Of a stretch of DNA of 49,189 nt, positions 40,820 through 49,189 are shown piece by piece. Every line of letters starts with the position of its first letter. Position 1 is the stretch's first letter. Location: sequence record DRR723986_5537; one strand, given 5' to 3'. Below the pieces are notes generated by a model. It made no database searches. It saw nothing but the letters and a program-made list of their open reading frames with translations, and was not told where the DNA came from. The translations under genes were made by a program, and so were the position numbers.

Positions 40820-41062
40820 TCAAACGGGGCTGGTGAAGGTAAGGACTAGGACGGCGATGGTGAAGCCGAGGAGTAATAGACCGAGCAGGGAGAAGCCTAT
40901 CCATCGATAGCCCCTCATCCTAGCGATACAACGCTGGCAGTATAAGTCATGCGTTGGGAGAAAACGAAAGGAGTCAAACATCACCTTCTCGGTCAACTCG
41001 GCCTCGCGGCCACACCCATCGCAGATGTCGAAAATCGATTCTTCGTCGTTCCGACTATCCAT
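40820..41062 (-). CDS. Small CxxC-x24-CxxC metal-binding protein with C-terminal TM anchor
   Basis: CDGC...CQRC then WIGFSLLGLLLLGFTIAVLVLTF; ATG 41062 lies just downstream of the fpr stop. Confidence 0.7.
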   Translation of the reverse strand: MDSRNDEESIFDICDGCGREAELTEKVMFDSFRFLPTHDLYCQRCIARMRGYRWIGFSLLGLLLLGFTIAVLVLTFTSPV

Positions 41063-41081
41063 CGCAATCGCTCTCAACAAT

Positions 41082-41819
41082 CTACCAATATCGCTCAACA
41101 ACGATCTGCCCCGGATCTTTTCGACGATGCTTCTTTAGCCCGCGATCGGACAACTGTGCCTGGAGATCATCGAGCATATCAGGATTGCCGCACATCATGA
41201 CGCAAGAACTTGTGTCGATGTTGCTCGCGGCCGTACGTTCGAGCTCTCCCGACTCAAGGCAATGTGTTATCCTGCCGCGAAGCGCCTGATGACCGTCTTC
41301 GCGGGAGACGACGGGAATATAGTGAAACTGATCGGCTCGATCGCGTTGCAAGCCCTCCAGCTCGTCGGTGTACGAAAGATCGCGCTGATAGCGGACTCCG
41401 TGAACGACGACGATTTTCGAGTAGCGCTGCCAAGGGGCTTCGGTCCGAAGCATTGCAATGTAAGGTGCCAGGCCCGTACCAGTTGCAATTAGCCAGAGCG
41501 AGTCGCCATCGGGGCAGTGGTCGAGTGTAAAACTTCCCGCCGCTTTGGCACTGACATCAAATTTGCTGCCGGTATCCATTGCCCAGAGGTGCGGAGTCAG
41601 CTTTCCGTCTTCGACCAGGACGATGTAGAAATCCAGGACCGAACTGTGTGGCGATGCAACGCTGTAAGGCCGATGGAGGTGACCGCTGGGTTGATCAATG
41701 CCGAGTTGCAGAAATTGGCCTGGTGTGAAGGGTTCAACATCTGGGCAATCCACGTGCAAAGTGAATAGCCCCTCGCTCCAAACCGTCTTTCCGCGAACGA
41801 TTCCTTGCGTCCATTTCAT
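41082..41819 (-). CDS. fpr: Ferredoxin/flavodoxin--NADP+ reductase
   Basis: FTPGQF, RPYSVAS, GKLTPHL, ATGTGLAPY, MMCGNPDM, C-terminal ERYW (bacterial FPR). Confidence 0.95.
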   Translation of the reverse strand: MKWTQGIVRGKTVWSEGLFTLHVDCPDVEPFTPGQFLQLGIDQPSGHLHRPYSVASPHSSVLDFYIVLVEDGKLTPHLWAMDTGSKFDVSAKAAGSFTLDHCPDGDSLWLIATGTGLAPYIAMLRTEAPWQRYSKIVVVHGVRYQRDLSYTDELEGLQRDRADQFHYIPVVSREDGHQALRGRITHCLESGELERTAASNIDTSSCVMMCGNPDMLDDLQAQLSDRGLKKHRRKDPGQIVVERYW

Positions 41820-42122
41820 GGTGAGTGCCTGTCGGTTCGCCGCCCGCCGAATCCTTCGATGGTCCGCCGCAAACGAATCCAGAAAAGTTGTTCAAAGTGT
41901 GAAAAGGGTCGGCGGAGAACGCATGGCTGATTCCGAGTACGAAGTACCCCCGCATTGTCCGCCCGAATGCGTTATCCTAGCATCTTGATATCGCTCGTGT
42001 TTGCGCTCGTCGTCGAGACTTTCAAAGTTTCCACGGCGATTCCTCAACGTGATCGGCATCAAATCTACTGATTCAACAAGGTCGCACATGCGTGGACCCC
42101 TTATCGACTTAGGACCATCGTC

Positions 42123-43079
42123 TTGCATAACAATTACCAGACATACGCGTTTACCAGATTTCACGGCCCCCTTCCCTGCCGACGGATCGGACTGTCGACG
42201 TTGACGGCCACGTTGATCCTCGTGTTCATTACCGCTGGCACGACTTTCGCGCAAGCGCCCATGGGGACGGTGCACGATTCCGAGACGATGTATAGCGATA
42301 TCTTAGAGAGCGATAGAAAGTATGCTGTTTATTTGCCGCCGGACTACAAAACGTCGGAGCGCGATTATCCCTGTCTCTACTTATTGCACGGTGCTGGTGA
42401 CGATCAGACGGGCTGGATCCAGTTCGGCGAAGTGCTTCGAATTGCGGACGCAGCAATCCGGGATGGCACTGCAACGCCTATGGTGATCATCATGCCCGAT
42501 GCTGATACCGGAAGACGCGGGTACTTTAATGACGTCCGTGGTGATTGGCGTTACGAAGATTTTTTCTTTGATGAGCTGATGCCAGCGGTTGAGAAGCGTT
42601 ATCGAATCAAGAGCGAGAAGCGGTATCGGGCAATCGCTGGCTTATCGATGGGAGGCGGTGGCTCGTTCATGTACGCACTTCACCGCCCAGACTTGTTCGC
42701 ATCAGCGTGTCCGTTGAGCGCAAGTTGCGGCCCTCTGAATCTGGAGGCTGCCAGGCGTTCGTATTCACGCAGCAAACCCGGAACAGAGCTTCCTCCGCTG
42801 CCTGATGATGAAGTCATCGATGAGTACTTCCGCCGACACAGCGCGGTTGAATTGATTCGCAACATGCCCGACAAAGAAAAGCGGGCTGTGCGTTGGTTCA
42901 TCGACTGCGGTGATGACGATTTTCTGTACGAGGGCAATTCATTGGTGCATATCGAAATGCGAAAGAAGGGTATTCCGCACGAGTATCGAGTCCGCGACGG
43001 TGGCCATAACTGGACCTACTGGAGAGATTCGCTTCCGAATGTACTGCATTTTGTGTCAGAAGGATTCCATCAGCACTAG
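42123..43079 (+). CDS. Secreted esterase, alpha/beta hydrolase (CE1/XynZ-like)
   Basis: YLPPDY, YLLHGAGDD, GLSMGG nucleophile elbow, DCGDDDFL, DGGHNWTYW; start uncertain. Confidence 0.9.
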   Translation: MHNNYQTYAFTRFHGPLPCRRIGLSTLTATLILVFITAGTTFAQAPMGTVHDSETMYSDILESDRKYAVYLPPDYKTSERDYPCLYLLHGAGDDQTGWIQFGEVLRIADAAIRDGTATPMVIIMPDADTGRRGYFNDVRGDWRYEDFFFDELMPAVEKRYRIKSEKRYRAIAGLSMGGGGSFMYALHRPDLFASACPLSASCGPLNLEAARRSYSRSKPGTELPPLPDDEVIDEYFRRHSAVELIRNMPDKEKRAVRWFIDCGDDDFLYEGNSLVHIEMRKKGIPHEYRVRDGGHNWTYWRDSLPNVLHFVSEGFHQH

Positions 43080-43220
43080 TAGCATTAGCGCAGCACACCA
43101 ACCGCTGGGCTACAATGCGTCCTAACTACTTTGCGGTGCAGTCGCGTTACCGCAAAAGTGCATTGTAGTCCTGCGGCAGTCCTGAATTTCGACACTCCTG
43201 AATTAGCTCCGAGAAACAAT

Positions 43221-44165
43221 ATGGATCGCAGATCATTTTTCTGTGCTGGCGCGGCAACGGCCGCCGTGACAAGCCTTGTCCCCAAGAGCGGCAGTGCTGC
43301 GGATCACAAAGATGCTCCCGAGCTGCGATACTGCCTGAACACCAGCACGATCAAGATCGGCAAGCACCCTGTCCGCAAGCAGCTCAAGATTGCTGCCGAC
43401 GCCGGATACGATTCAGTTGAGCTTTGGCTCCGAGATATCGAGACCTTTACGCGGGATGGTGGCAAACTAGCCGACCTGCGTAAGGAGCTAGACGACCTCG
43501 GCCTTCGGCTCGACAGTGCGATAGCGTTTGGCCAGTGGATTGTTGACGACGATTCAAAACGCCAGCAGGGCCTCGAGCAATGCCGCAAGGATATGGCTAT
43601 CGTCGCGGAACTTGGCGGTACACATATCGCTGCACCACCATCTGGGGCGACCAAACTACCCAAGCTGGATCTATCTGCCGCCGCGCAACGATACGCCGCA
43701 CTGCTCGACGTCGGGAAAACTCAGGGAGTTTCCGCACAGATCGAGCTTTGGGGATTCTCTGACAACTTGTCGACGCTTGCCGAAGTCTTATTCGTTGCGG
43801 CGGAGAGTGGGCATCCTGATGCTTGCATCCTGCTGGACGTCTATCATCTCTACAAAGGTGGCAATGATTTTCAAAATGCTGGACTCATTCCCGCACAGAA
43901 GATGCCCTGCTTACACATGAACGACTATCCAGCTGACCCACCGCGGGAAAGCATTAAGGATGAGCACCGTGTCTTCCCGGGCGACGGCGTCGCACCTATT
44001 CCCAGCATCCTTGCCACGCTCTTCCGAGGAGGATTCTCGGGCACGCTTAGCTTGGAGTTGTTCAACCGTGAGTACTGGGAGCGTCCGGCTAGTGACGTCG
44101 CAAAAGAGGGCCTTGAGAAGATGCAACAATCGGTTGCCGCCGCATTAGACAGCATGCAAGCGTAG
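43221..44165 (+). CDS. Sugar phosphate isomerase/epimerase (xylose isomerase-like TIM barrel), Tat-exported
   Basis: MDRRSFF twin-arginine signal; AGYDSVELW, LLDVYHLY, HMND, RVFPGDG, LSLELFN. Confidence 0.9.
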   Translation: MDRRSFFCAGAATAAVTSLVPKSGSAADHKDAPELRYCLNTSTIKIGKHPVRKQLKIAADAGYDSVELWLRDIETFTRDGGKLADLRKELDDLGLRLDSAIAFGQWIVDDDSKRQQGLEQCRKDMAIVAELGGTHIAAPPSGATKLPKLDLSAAAQRYAALLDVGKTQGVSAQIELWGFSDNLSTLAEVLFVAAESGHPDACILLDVYHLYKGGNDFQNAGLIPAQKMPCLHMNDYPADPPRESIKDEHRVFPGDGVAPIPSILATLFRGGFSGTLSLELFNREYWERPASDVAKEGLEKMQQSVAAALDSMQA

Positions 44166-44202
44166 TTAGACGAATTCATTCGCTTTGACCTAGAGGGCTT
44201 CC

Positions 44203-45132
44203 ATGACGCAACTCGCACCAGGACTGGCCTTGCAGCGTTCTGTGATCTTAGCCACGGCTCTCTTGGCGTGCGGTTGCACTGGAGTTAATCAAACCGGTGG
44301 TCAGAATACGAAGGTTGACGATCCGAAGCAGGAATCGTCGCGCTCATTGGTACCGGCCGCGTCACCAGGTCAGCAATCGCCAATGAACACTCACTCCGCG
44401 GAGCAGACTACTGCACCGGATCCAGCACGTGCCACAGATGCACTGCAAGTTGATCAAGATACCGTTGATTCCAATCAATCCACTGACCTTGCAGTTCCGA
44501 AGCCTTCGAGGGCGGCGATTGAGGCGTTGGTCGACCAGTTGGTTTATGTTGATGAGACGCAAGGAAAGAATCCGGTCGTTGAGCCCAACTCTGAAGAACA
44601 CGCTCGCAGATTCAAAGTATGCCAGGATGCGTTTGCAAAGCTAACGGAACTCAAGGACGATGCTTTTGATGTGCTCGTGGAACATCTAGACGATCCACGC
44701 AGCTCGATCCCGTTCCGGAACCACGTCGCACGTCACTCAGTTGGCGCGGCCTGCTACCACATCATCTATTTCCAGTTGCAGGATCGTCCTGTCGGCTACT
44801 CAAAGTACGGTTGGAGCCGTATTGGCAGCGATGGCAAATCGTATCCCAAGCCATATTGGGCAGGGAATCCATTCGAAGAAGCGGGAGGTTTGGAGGCTTG
44901 GTTGACCGCCAATGATTCACTCACTTACACGCAGATGCAGATCAAGTGTTTGGGTTGGCTACTCGATCGCGAGAAGGAGATAGGCGCTGCTGATGCGGAA
45001 AGCTATTTCGTGAATATCTTGCCGCTCGAAGTCAGAATCTTAGAACGACGTCTTGAAGCTGGAGACGCAGTTGAGGTCGAACTTCGGAAGATGCGAGAAA
45101 TCCTGTCGCGGAGGGATCCCACGGCGGAATAA
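44203..45132 (+). CDS. Hypothetical lipoprotein
   Basis: ILATALLACGC lipobox-like signal, low-complexity linker, globular C-terminus. Confidence 0.75.
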   Translation: MTQLAPGLALQRSVILATALLACGCTGVNQTGGQNTKVDDPKQESSRSLVPAASPGQQSPMNTHSAEQTTAPDPARATDALQVDQDTVDSNQSTDLAVPKPSRAAIEALVDQLVYVDETQGKNPVVEPNSEEHARRFKVCQDAFAKLTELKDDAFDVLVEHLDDPRSSIPFRNHVARHSVGAACYHIIYFQLQDRPVGYSKYGWSRIGSDGKSYPKPYWAGNPFEEAGGLEAWLTANDSLTYTQMQIKCLGWLLDREKEIGAADAESYFVNILPLEVRILERRLEAGDAVEVELRKMREILSRRDPTAE

Positions 45133-45678
45133 ACTTGCCTCGCCCTTGCGCGAGTATCGCTCCCACAATCATGAAGAAGAGCCAGATGCCCCAGCGAACA
45201 AAATGATAAAGTGCCCCCTTTAGATTGCTGCAGTCGATCATGTACTCGTCTAAAGTCTCATCTGTCTCAGTCCACGTACAAGCTGAGTGCGGGACCATAC
45301 CGCATTCAACACAGATCTTCATGCCATCCATGAAAAAGTACGGCTCAGAGAGATACCTAGCGCCGGCATCTGAGTGGCGGTACCACAATCCGCATGGGTG
45401 TACACGCGTGGGCATTATCAATGTTTTCGTTCATAGTAAAGGATCAAAGCGTCAGCGTTATGCAATCCGACGCAATAGATGTTCGATGTAAGACTAGTCG
45501 TGGTTCGTCGGCTTCGTATCAACGCTTTGTGCTGCTTCTTTGTTGCGAATGGGAAGTTCAGAACCAATTGGCGGTTTCAGCCGACCGCCCTTTGCTCCCC
45601 ATCCCCAATTATCCGCATTGGCAGGTCGATGCGCTTTGTGTTTTGCAGCGAATTCGCCGATTGTTGAGTCAGTCTTGA

Positions 45679-46056
45679 TTATTTCAAGTGACGCTTGTGG
45701 AATGGCATGATCTCAAACCAGTATTCGCTCTGTAACGCCGCATCGCGAATACGATTAATCTTTTCCGCAGGTGCCCTCAGCATCATGTCAACGCGATTCG
45801 TGTGGGACTTGGTGGCCACAAGTTCAACATCTGTTGCCACACCAACGACTGTGGTTCCCTCATCACTGACGAATCTAACCCCAACCGTAACCTTCTGTCC
45901 GCATTTCCAATTGAATGGCCGCGAGGTCTTTGGTTGGGCAATGATCCGTATTAGCGAGGTTTGGGTTTCTTTGTCCTTGTCGTCGCCGTGCGACGCCATG
46001 CATTGGCTGACAGACACAAGTATCAGGGTAGCCGCCGGGGCATAGAATAGACGCAT
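45679..46056 (-). CDS. Secreted hypothetical protein
   Basis: 125 aa ORF with signal-peptide-like N-terminus. Confidence 0.6.
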   Translation of the reverse strand: MRLFYAPAATLILVSVSQCMASHGDDKDKETQTSLIRIIAQPKTSRPFNWKCGQKVTVGVRFVSDEGTTVVGVATDVELVATKSHTNRVDMMLRAPAEKINRIRDAALQSEYWFEIMPFHKRHLK

Positions 46057-46193
46057 CTGTTAGCTTCAAAAAGCAGAAGAATCCATGTAAGTCGGTGGTT
46101 TTGGGACTGAGTCGTTCCTCTCAGGCTGCTAGCTAAGCGGCAGAGGTTATGACTCACCCACCTCAACGCCCCTTAGCCAACGGAAGACCAAGA

Positions 46194-46423
46194 ATGGTTC
46201 TCGCAATTGATCTAGGTAAATACAACTCGATGTTCTGCTCTTACGATCTGAAAACGCAAAATGCCGAATTCCGGAAAGCGGAAACGACGAAAAGCAACCT
46301 TGCGCGGTACTCCAGAGCCGAAGTATCGCTCTAGTGATTATGGAAGCTCATGGACCAAGCGGTTGGATTTGGGATCGATGCATAGGACTGAACCTGACGT
46401 CTTTCGTTCGAACTACAATCTAG
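46194..46423 (+). mobile_element. IS110-family transposase remnant (N-terminal DEDD/RuvC-like part; frameshifted and truncated)
   Basis: MVLAIDLGKYNSMFCSYD..., then after a frameshift near 46300 ...IALVIMEAHGPSGWIWDRC...; this supplies the first D and the E of the IS110 DEDD motif. Stops at TAG 46421-46423. Confidence 0.8.
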
Positions 46424-46437
46424 CGCGACCGCGAAAC

Positions 46438-46541
46438 AAAGTAGTAGGCACGCTCCGCCGTGCCGTCCGCACCAACCAGATTCCACCCACTACTGCTCAG
46501 TTTATTCGCGGTCACGGCACACGGAGTGTGCCTACTACTTT
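46438..46541. repeat. GTAG-type REP doublet (inverted pair), copy 2
   Basis: aaagtagtaggcacgctccgccgtgccgt ... acggcacacggagtgtgcctactacttt. Confidence 0.8.
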
Positions 46542-46662
46542 CATGCGGGAGCGATCGAGTGCCTCTACCACGTCGACGGCCATCAGCCAAGATCCGATGA
46601 ACAATACAGGCAAGAGGCGTAACTCGAATGCCTGACGAGCCTGAACCACCACCGGCTTCAGT

Positions 46663-46773
46663 AAATAACGACGCAAAATACCGGGGTGCCGCCAGCGACG
46701 TCGGCTTCAGTTTCAGCACGGATAGCCTCCAGTGCACACAGCTGCTACATGCAATTATCTGCGTTCGTTATCC
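46663..46773 (-). other. attC-like recombination site (degenerate, last in array)
   Basis: Minus strand GGATAAC (contains the gene's TAA) gaacgcagataattg ... cggtattttgcgtc GTTATTT; arms are imperfectly complementary. Confidence 0.55.
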
Positions 46774-47406
46774 GATGCTTGTAACGATGCGGTAGCTTTC
46801 CGGCGATTCAAGACCGACCAGTCCAGCCAATCCCTCGCGCCAGATACCCGACACAAACTGATCAAGAGATTCTAGCCATGTGACGTGCACCTTGGAATCA
46901 GGAGTGAGGCGGCGCATCTGGTCGGGGCGATATTCGGCAGGTTCCAACCGGCGGTCATTGTTCCAATCGGTGACACGTTCTAGAACAGGTTCAGCAATCC
47001 CCTGTTCCTTGAGGCTCTCGATCGGCGGCGGCTGTTGACCGTCACCGAATAATCGAACGTACTGTGCGTCCACGGGACCGCCGACAATCACGGTGTGATC
47101 ATGCCATGACGGCAGGTCGAGGTCCGGCAGTGAGATCCATGCGGCATATTTGTCGCTGCCTTCAAAGTTGGCACGGACGTAGTCGTGGACGCCGGGAGAC
47201 AGATCGGCAGGGAGACCTGTATTAAACGGAATGACCGCGTGATCGCCGAAGAAGAGTGACGTTGGCCGTGACCGAACGGGCCACCAACACACGTTCAGAA
47301 TGCCGATGCGTGTCCTTGGGTCCAGCACGCGATCAGCAACGTGCAGCGCGGGTCGCCACCCGTCCGCGTCGCGGTACTCGAGTAGCAGGTTGATATCAGT
47401 AGACAT
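46768..47406 (-). CDS. Gene-cassette ORF, hypothetical protein
   Basis: ATG 47406 (MSTDINLLLEY) with GAAGG upstream, directly after an attC; stop codon lies inside the next AAC box. Confidence 0.75.
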   Translation of the reverse strand: MSTDINLLLEYRDADGWRPALHVADRVLDPRTRIGILNVCWWPVRSRPTSLFFGDHAVIPFNTGLPADLSPGVHDYVRANFEGSDKYAAWISLPDLDLPSWHDHTVIVGGPVDAQYVRLFGDGQQPPPIESLKEQGIAEPVLERVTDWNNDRRLEPAEYRPDQMRRLTPDSKVHVTWLESLDQFVSGIWREGLAGLVGLESPESYRIVTSIG

Positions 47407-47425
47407 GGTGCGGCCTTCGCTTGCG

Positions 47426-47517
47426 AGACAACGCCCACAATAACCGAGTCGCCGAATGTGATAATGAAGTAAAACGCGTCTGGGCTCGGCGACTACAAGT
47501 TTATCGCGTTGTTCTCC
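47426..47517 (-). other. attC-like recombination site (92 bp)
   Basis: Minus strand GGAGAAC...GTTGTCT; inner stem agtcgccga/tcggcgact; closely similar to the site at 47991-48082. Confidence 0.82.
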
Positions 47518-47549
47518 ATCTGATCGGAATGGCTTCCATTGAAAGCCGT

Positions 47550-47873
47550 TCAGTCCAAGTATCTTACGAACAACAAAGTCAGACAAGTGAGAAAAGGAAA
47601 TAGCAGCGGGAGGCCAAAGAGCGACATCCTAACACAATCCCTTGCGTTGCTTTCTCGGTGGTAGTCGGCCGAAGCTCTCAATCGCATTGACAGTGCAAGG
47701 AAAGCAGAAAAAGCTACCATAGCAATACCGACCAGAGCAAACGGAAATGAGACAATGGTCAGGAGAGCAAGAAGCCCAGGATACCAATGAGAAATTGCCG
47801 GAAACAGCGCACACAGGACAGCGAAACCCGTGGTCAGCGAAAAAATGGCGGATATCGAGAATCGAAAATTCAT
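47550..47873 (-). CDS. Gene-cassette ORF, small membrane protein (~3 TM)
   Basis: MNFRFSISAIFSLTTGFAVLCALF N-terminus; lies between two attC-like sites. Confidence 0.72.
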   Translation of the reverse strand: MNFRFSISAIFSLTTGFAVLCALFPAISHWYPGLLALLTIVSFPFALVGIAMVAFSAFLALSMRLRASADYHRESNARDCVRMSLFGLPLLFPFLTCLTLLFVRYLD

Positions 47874-47990
47874 CGCATCATTGATCATTCTCAAATCTAC
47901 CGGACCCAAACAGTGTCAGCTAGCGATCCTATCGAATCCGGTGAAGCCCTACCTACATCGCACCTGTAAGCGAGTCGGTCGCATCAGGAT

Positions 47991-48082
47991 GGAGAACCGT
48001 GGCGATAACCGAGTCGCCGTAGTTGATATTGATGTAAAACTTGTCAGGCCTCGGCGACTTCGAGTTTATCGCGTTGTTCGCC
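47991..48082 (-). other. attC-like recombination site (92 bp)
   Basis: Minus strand GGCGAAC...GTTCTCC; stems gcgata/tatcgc and agtcgccg/cggcgact with extra bases on one arm. Confidence 0.85.
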
Positions 48083-48157
48083 AGTTTCCAGGATCCTGGG
48101 CGCATTGATGCGAGAAGCATGCAGGCTCAGTCTGGTGCAGAATTCTTCCAATGGGGA

Positions 48158-48445
48158 TTAGCCAAAAATCAAGCTGTAGACACTAGAGAGGAAGATCGCT
48201 ACCGACAGGATGAGCAGTCCGACTCCGCCAAATAGGATCATGTAGCCCTTCAGAACTGCAGCGCCTCCTGTCAGGTTCCCAGATTCATTTTTCATAAGCT
48301 TCTCCAATCCCTTTGCGTTCGCCGTTCTGTTACGCACGGAATACCGACCGCTGAATATCATTGCTACGCTAAGGAGCCCAATGACAAGAGCCAATCCAAT
48401 TGAGGCAAGAGGAGAAGGTGGTGATGATTGGGCGAGCAGCAGCAT
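48158..48445 (-). CDS. Gene-cassette ORF, small membrane protein (2 TM)
   Basis: 95 aa, two hydrophobic helices, GAGGA upstream of the ATG; flanked by attC-like sites. Confidence 0.75.
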   Translation of the reverse strand: MLLLAQSSPPSPLASIGLALVIGLLSVAMIFSGRYSVRNRTANAKGLEKLMKNESGNLTGGAAVLKGYMILFGGVGLLILSVAIFLSSVYSLIFG

Positions 48446-48476
48446 GAAGTCTTAGTCCTCACGGGTAAATATGGCT

Positions 48477-48566
48477 GGCGAACGTCTAAAATCAACGGAT
48501 TGCCGACAGCGACGTTGATTTTGAATTCAACCGAACCGGCAACGCCGGTGCAGGCGTCCATTATGC
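48477..48566 (-). other. attC-like recombination site (90 bp, partly degenerate)
   Basis: Minus strand GCATAAT (ankyrin stop codon; AAC->AAT) ... GTTCGCC; inner stem ttgccg/cggcaa. Confidence 0.65.
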
Positions 48567-49091
48567 GGAATCTCTGACGTTAGTGGTAGTAGCATTGTGA
48601 GCTTGCGTAAGTATTTGGCGAACTCCGTCGTGTCCTCGGCTGGCGGCTATTTCTGCGGCTGTTTTCTCTTGTTGGTCCTTAAGTTTGAGGTCCGCGTTGT
48701 GAGCGACAAGTGACTTAACCGCGTCAACGCAACCAAACCAGGCTGCTTGCATTAAAGGGGAATGACCGGCCGGCGTCTGGACGTCAGGCTTTGCACCTGC
48801 ATTTAGCAACGATGTCACGCAAGCCCCTTGCCTGTCAGGCTGGTAGGGCGTTTCACCGACTGCGGCGTGTAAAACGGATTGTCCGTCATTCGCGATAGCG
48901 TTCACGTCGGCCCCCTTCTCGATTAGCCAATCTACGAGTTCAATGCGGTACGAGCGAGCCGCCGACATAAGTGCCGTATAGCCAAGCTCATTCGCAGTAT
49001 CGACGGGGACGCCGGTTGCGAGGTATTCACGAACAGCTTTGGCGTCACCCGAACCTGCAGCACAGAGAATTTCGTGGGCAAGTGTTGTCAT
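48561..49091 (-). CDS. Gene-cassette ORF, ankyrin repeat protein
   Basis: GYTALMSAA, GADVNA, GQSVLHAAV, GHSPLMQAA ankyrin repeats. Confidence 0.93.
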   Translation of the reverse strand: MTTLAHEILCAAGSGDAKAVREYLATGVPVDTANELGYTALMSAARSYRIELVDWLIEKGADVNAIANDGQSVLHAAVGETPYQPDRQGACVTSLLNAGAKPDVQTPAGHSPLMQAAWFGCVDAVKSLVAHNADLKLKDQQEKTAAEIAASRGHDGVRQILTQAHNATTTNVRDSA

Positions 49092-49102
49092 GGTGTCTCG
49101 CG

Positions 49103-49189
49103 GGATAACGCCGCCGTTCAGCGAGTCGCCCTGTTGGGTGGTTTAGTAGAGTGGACAATCTCGGCGACTTCGTTGCAACGCATGGTTCC
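49103..49189 (-). other. attC-like recombination site (truncated by window edge)
   Basis: Minus strand ..GGAAC catgcgttgcaacgaagtcgcc ... ggcgactcgctgaacggcggc GTTATCC; the ankyrin ATG follows 12 nt later. Confidence 0.8.

Noticed and set aside
45032-45667. ORFs 45032..45421(-), 45225..45491(+), 45394..45678(+), 45479..45667(+) and a possible attC near 45380-45464
   Set aside because: No recognisable motifs and mutually overlapping frames. A GCATAAC box is present but has no convincing partner arm. Probably decayed sequence.
47407-47586. N-terminal extension of ORF 46768..47586
   Set aside because: It runs through an attC site and overlaps the neighbouring gene; ATG 47406 has a plausible RBS.
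46663-49189. CRISPR array or rho-independent terminators as an explanation for the recurring repeats
   Set aside because: Repeats are ~90-110 bp, divergent and separated by whole genes; there are no cas genes and no U-tracts. AAC/GTT boxes fit attC better.

Overview
Gene-dense bacterial window, most likely from a planctomycete of the Pirellula/Rhodopirellula type. This is inferred from the LETRQLL export motif, a planctomycete-type dockerin, ECF sigma/Ser-Thr kinase pairs, a sulfatase and FSI..L..T-type membrane ORFans. From left to right it holds: the 5' end of a probable bpX4-like gene of a MoxR-vWA ternary conflict system, which the ORF track missed; a CelD/BcsL-type GNAT; an orphan FixJ-type regulator; an M61 peptidase; a sulfatase; a GltS symporter; three ORFans; a secreted S41-peptidase/serine-hydrolase/TPR fusion followed by an ECF sigma and a ZAS-kinase; a second, convergent kinase-ECF pair; a divergent 15.4 kb giant surface protein; fpr with a small CxxC membrane protein; an esterase; a Tat-exported TIM-barrel protein; an IS110 remnant; and GTAG-type REP doublets. 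The best-supported unannotated structure is an integron-type gene-cassette array at 46.66-49.19 kb. It has five attC-like hairpins with non-canonical core boxes alternating with four single minus-strand ORFs. No integrase gene lies in the window and the array runs off the right edge. All family assignments come from motif recognition by eye; no database searches were run.
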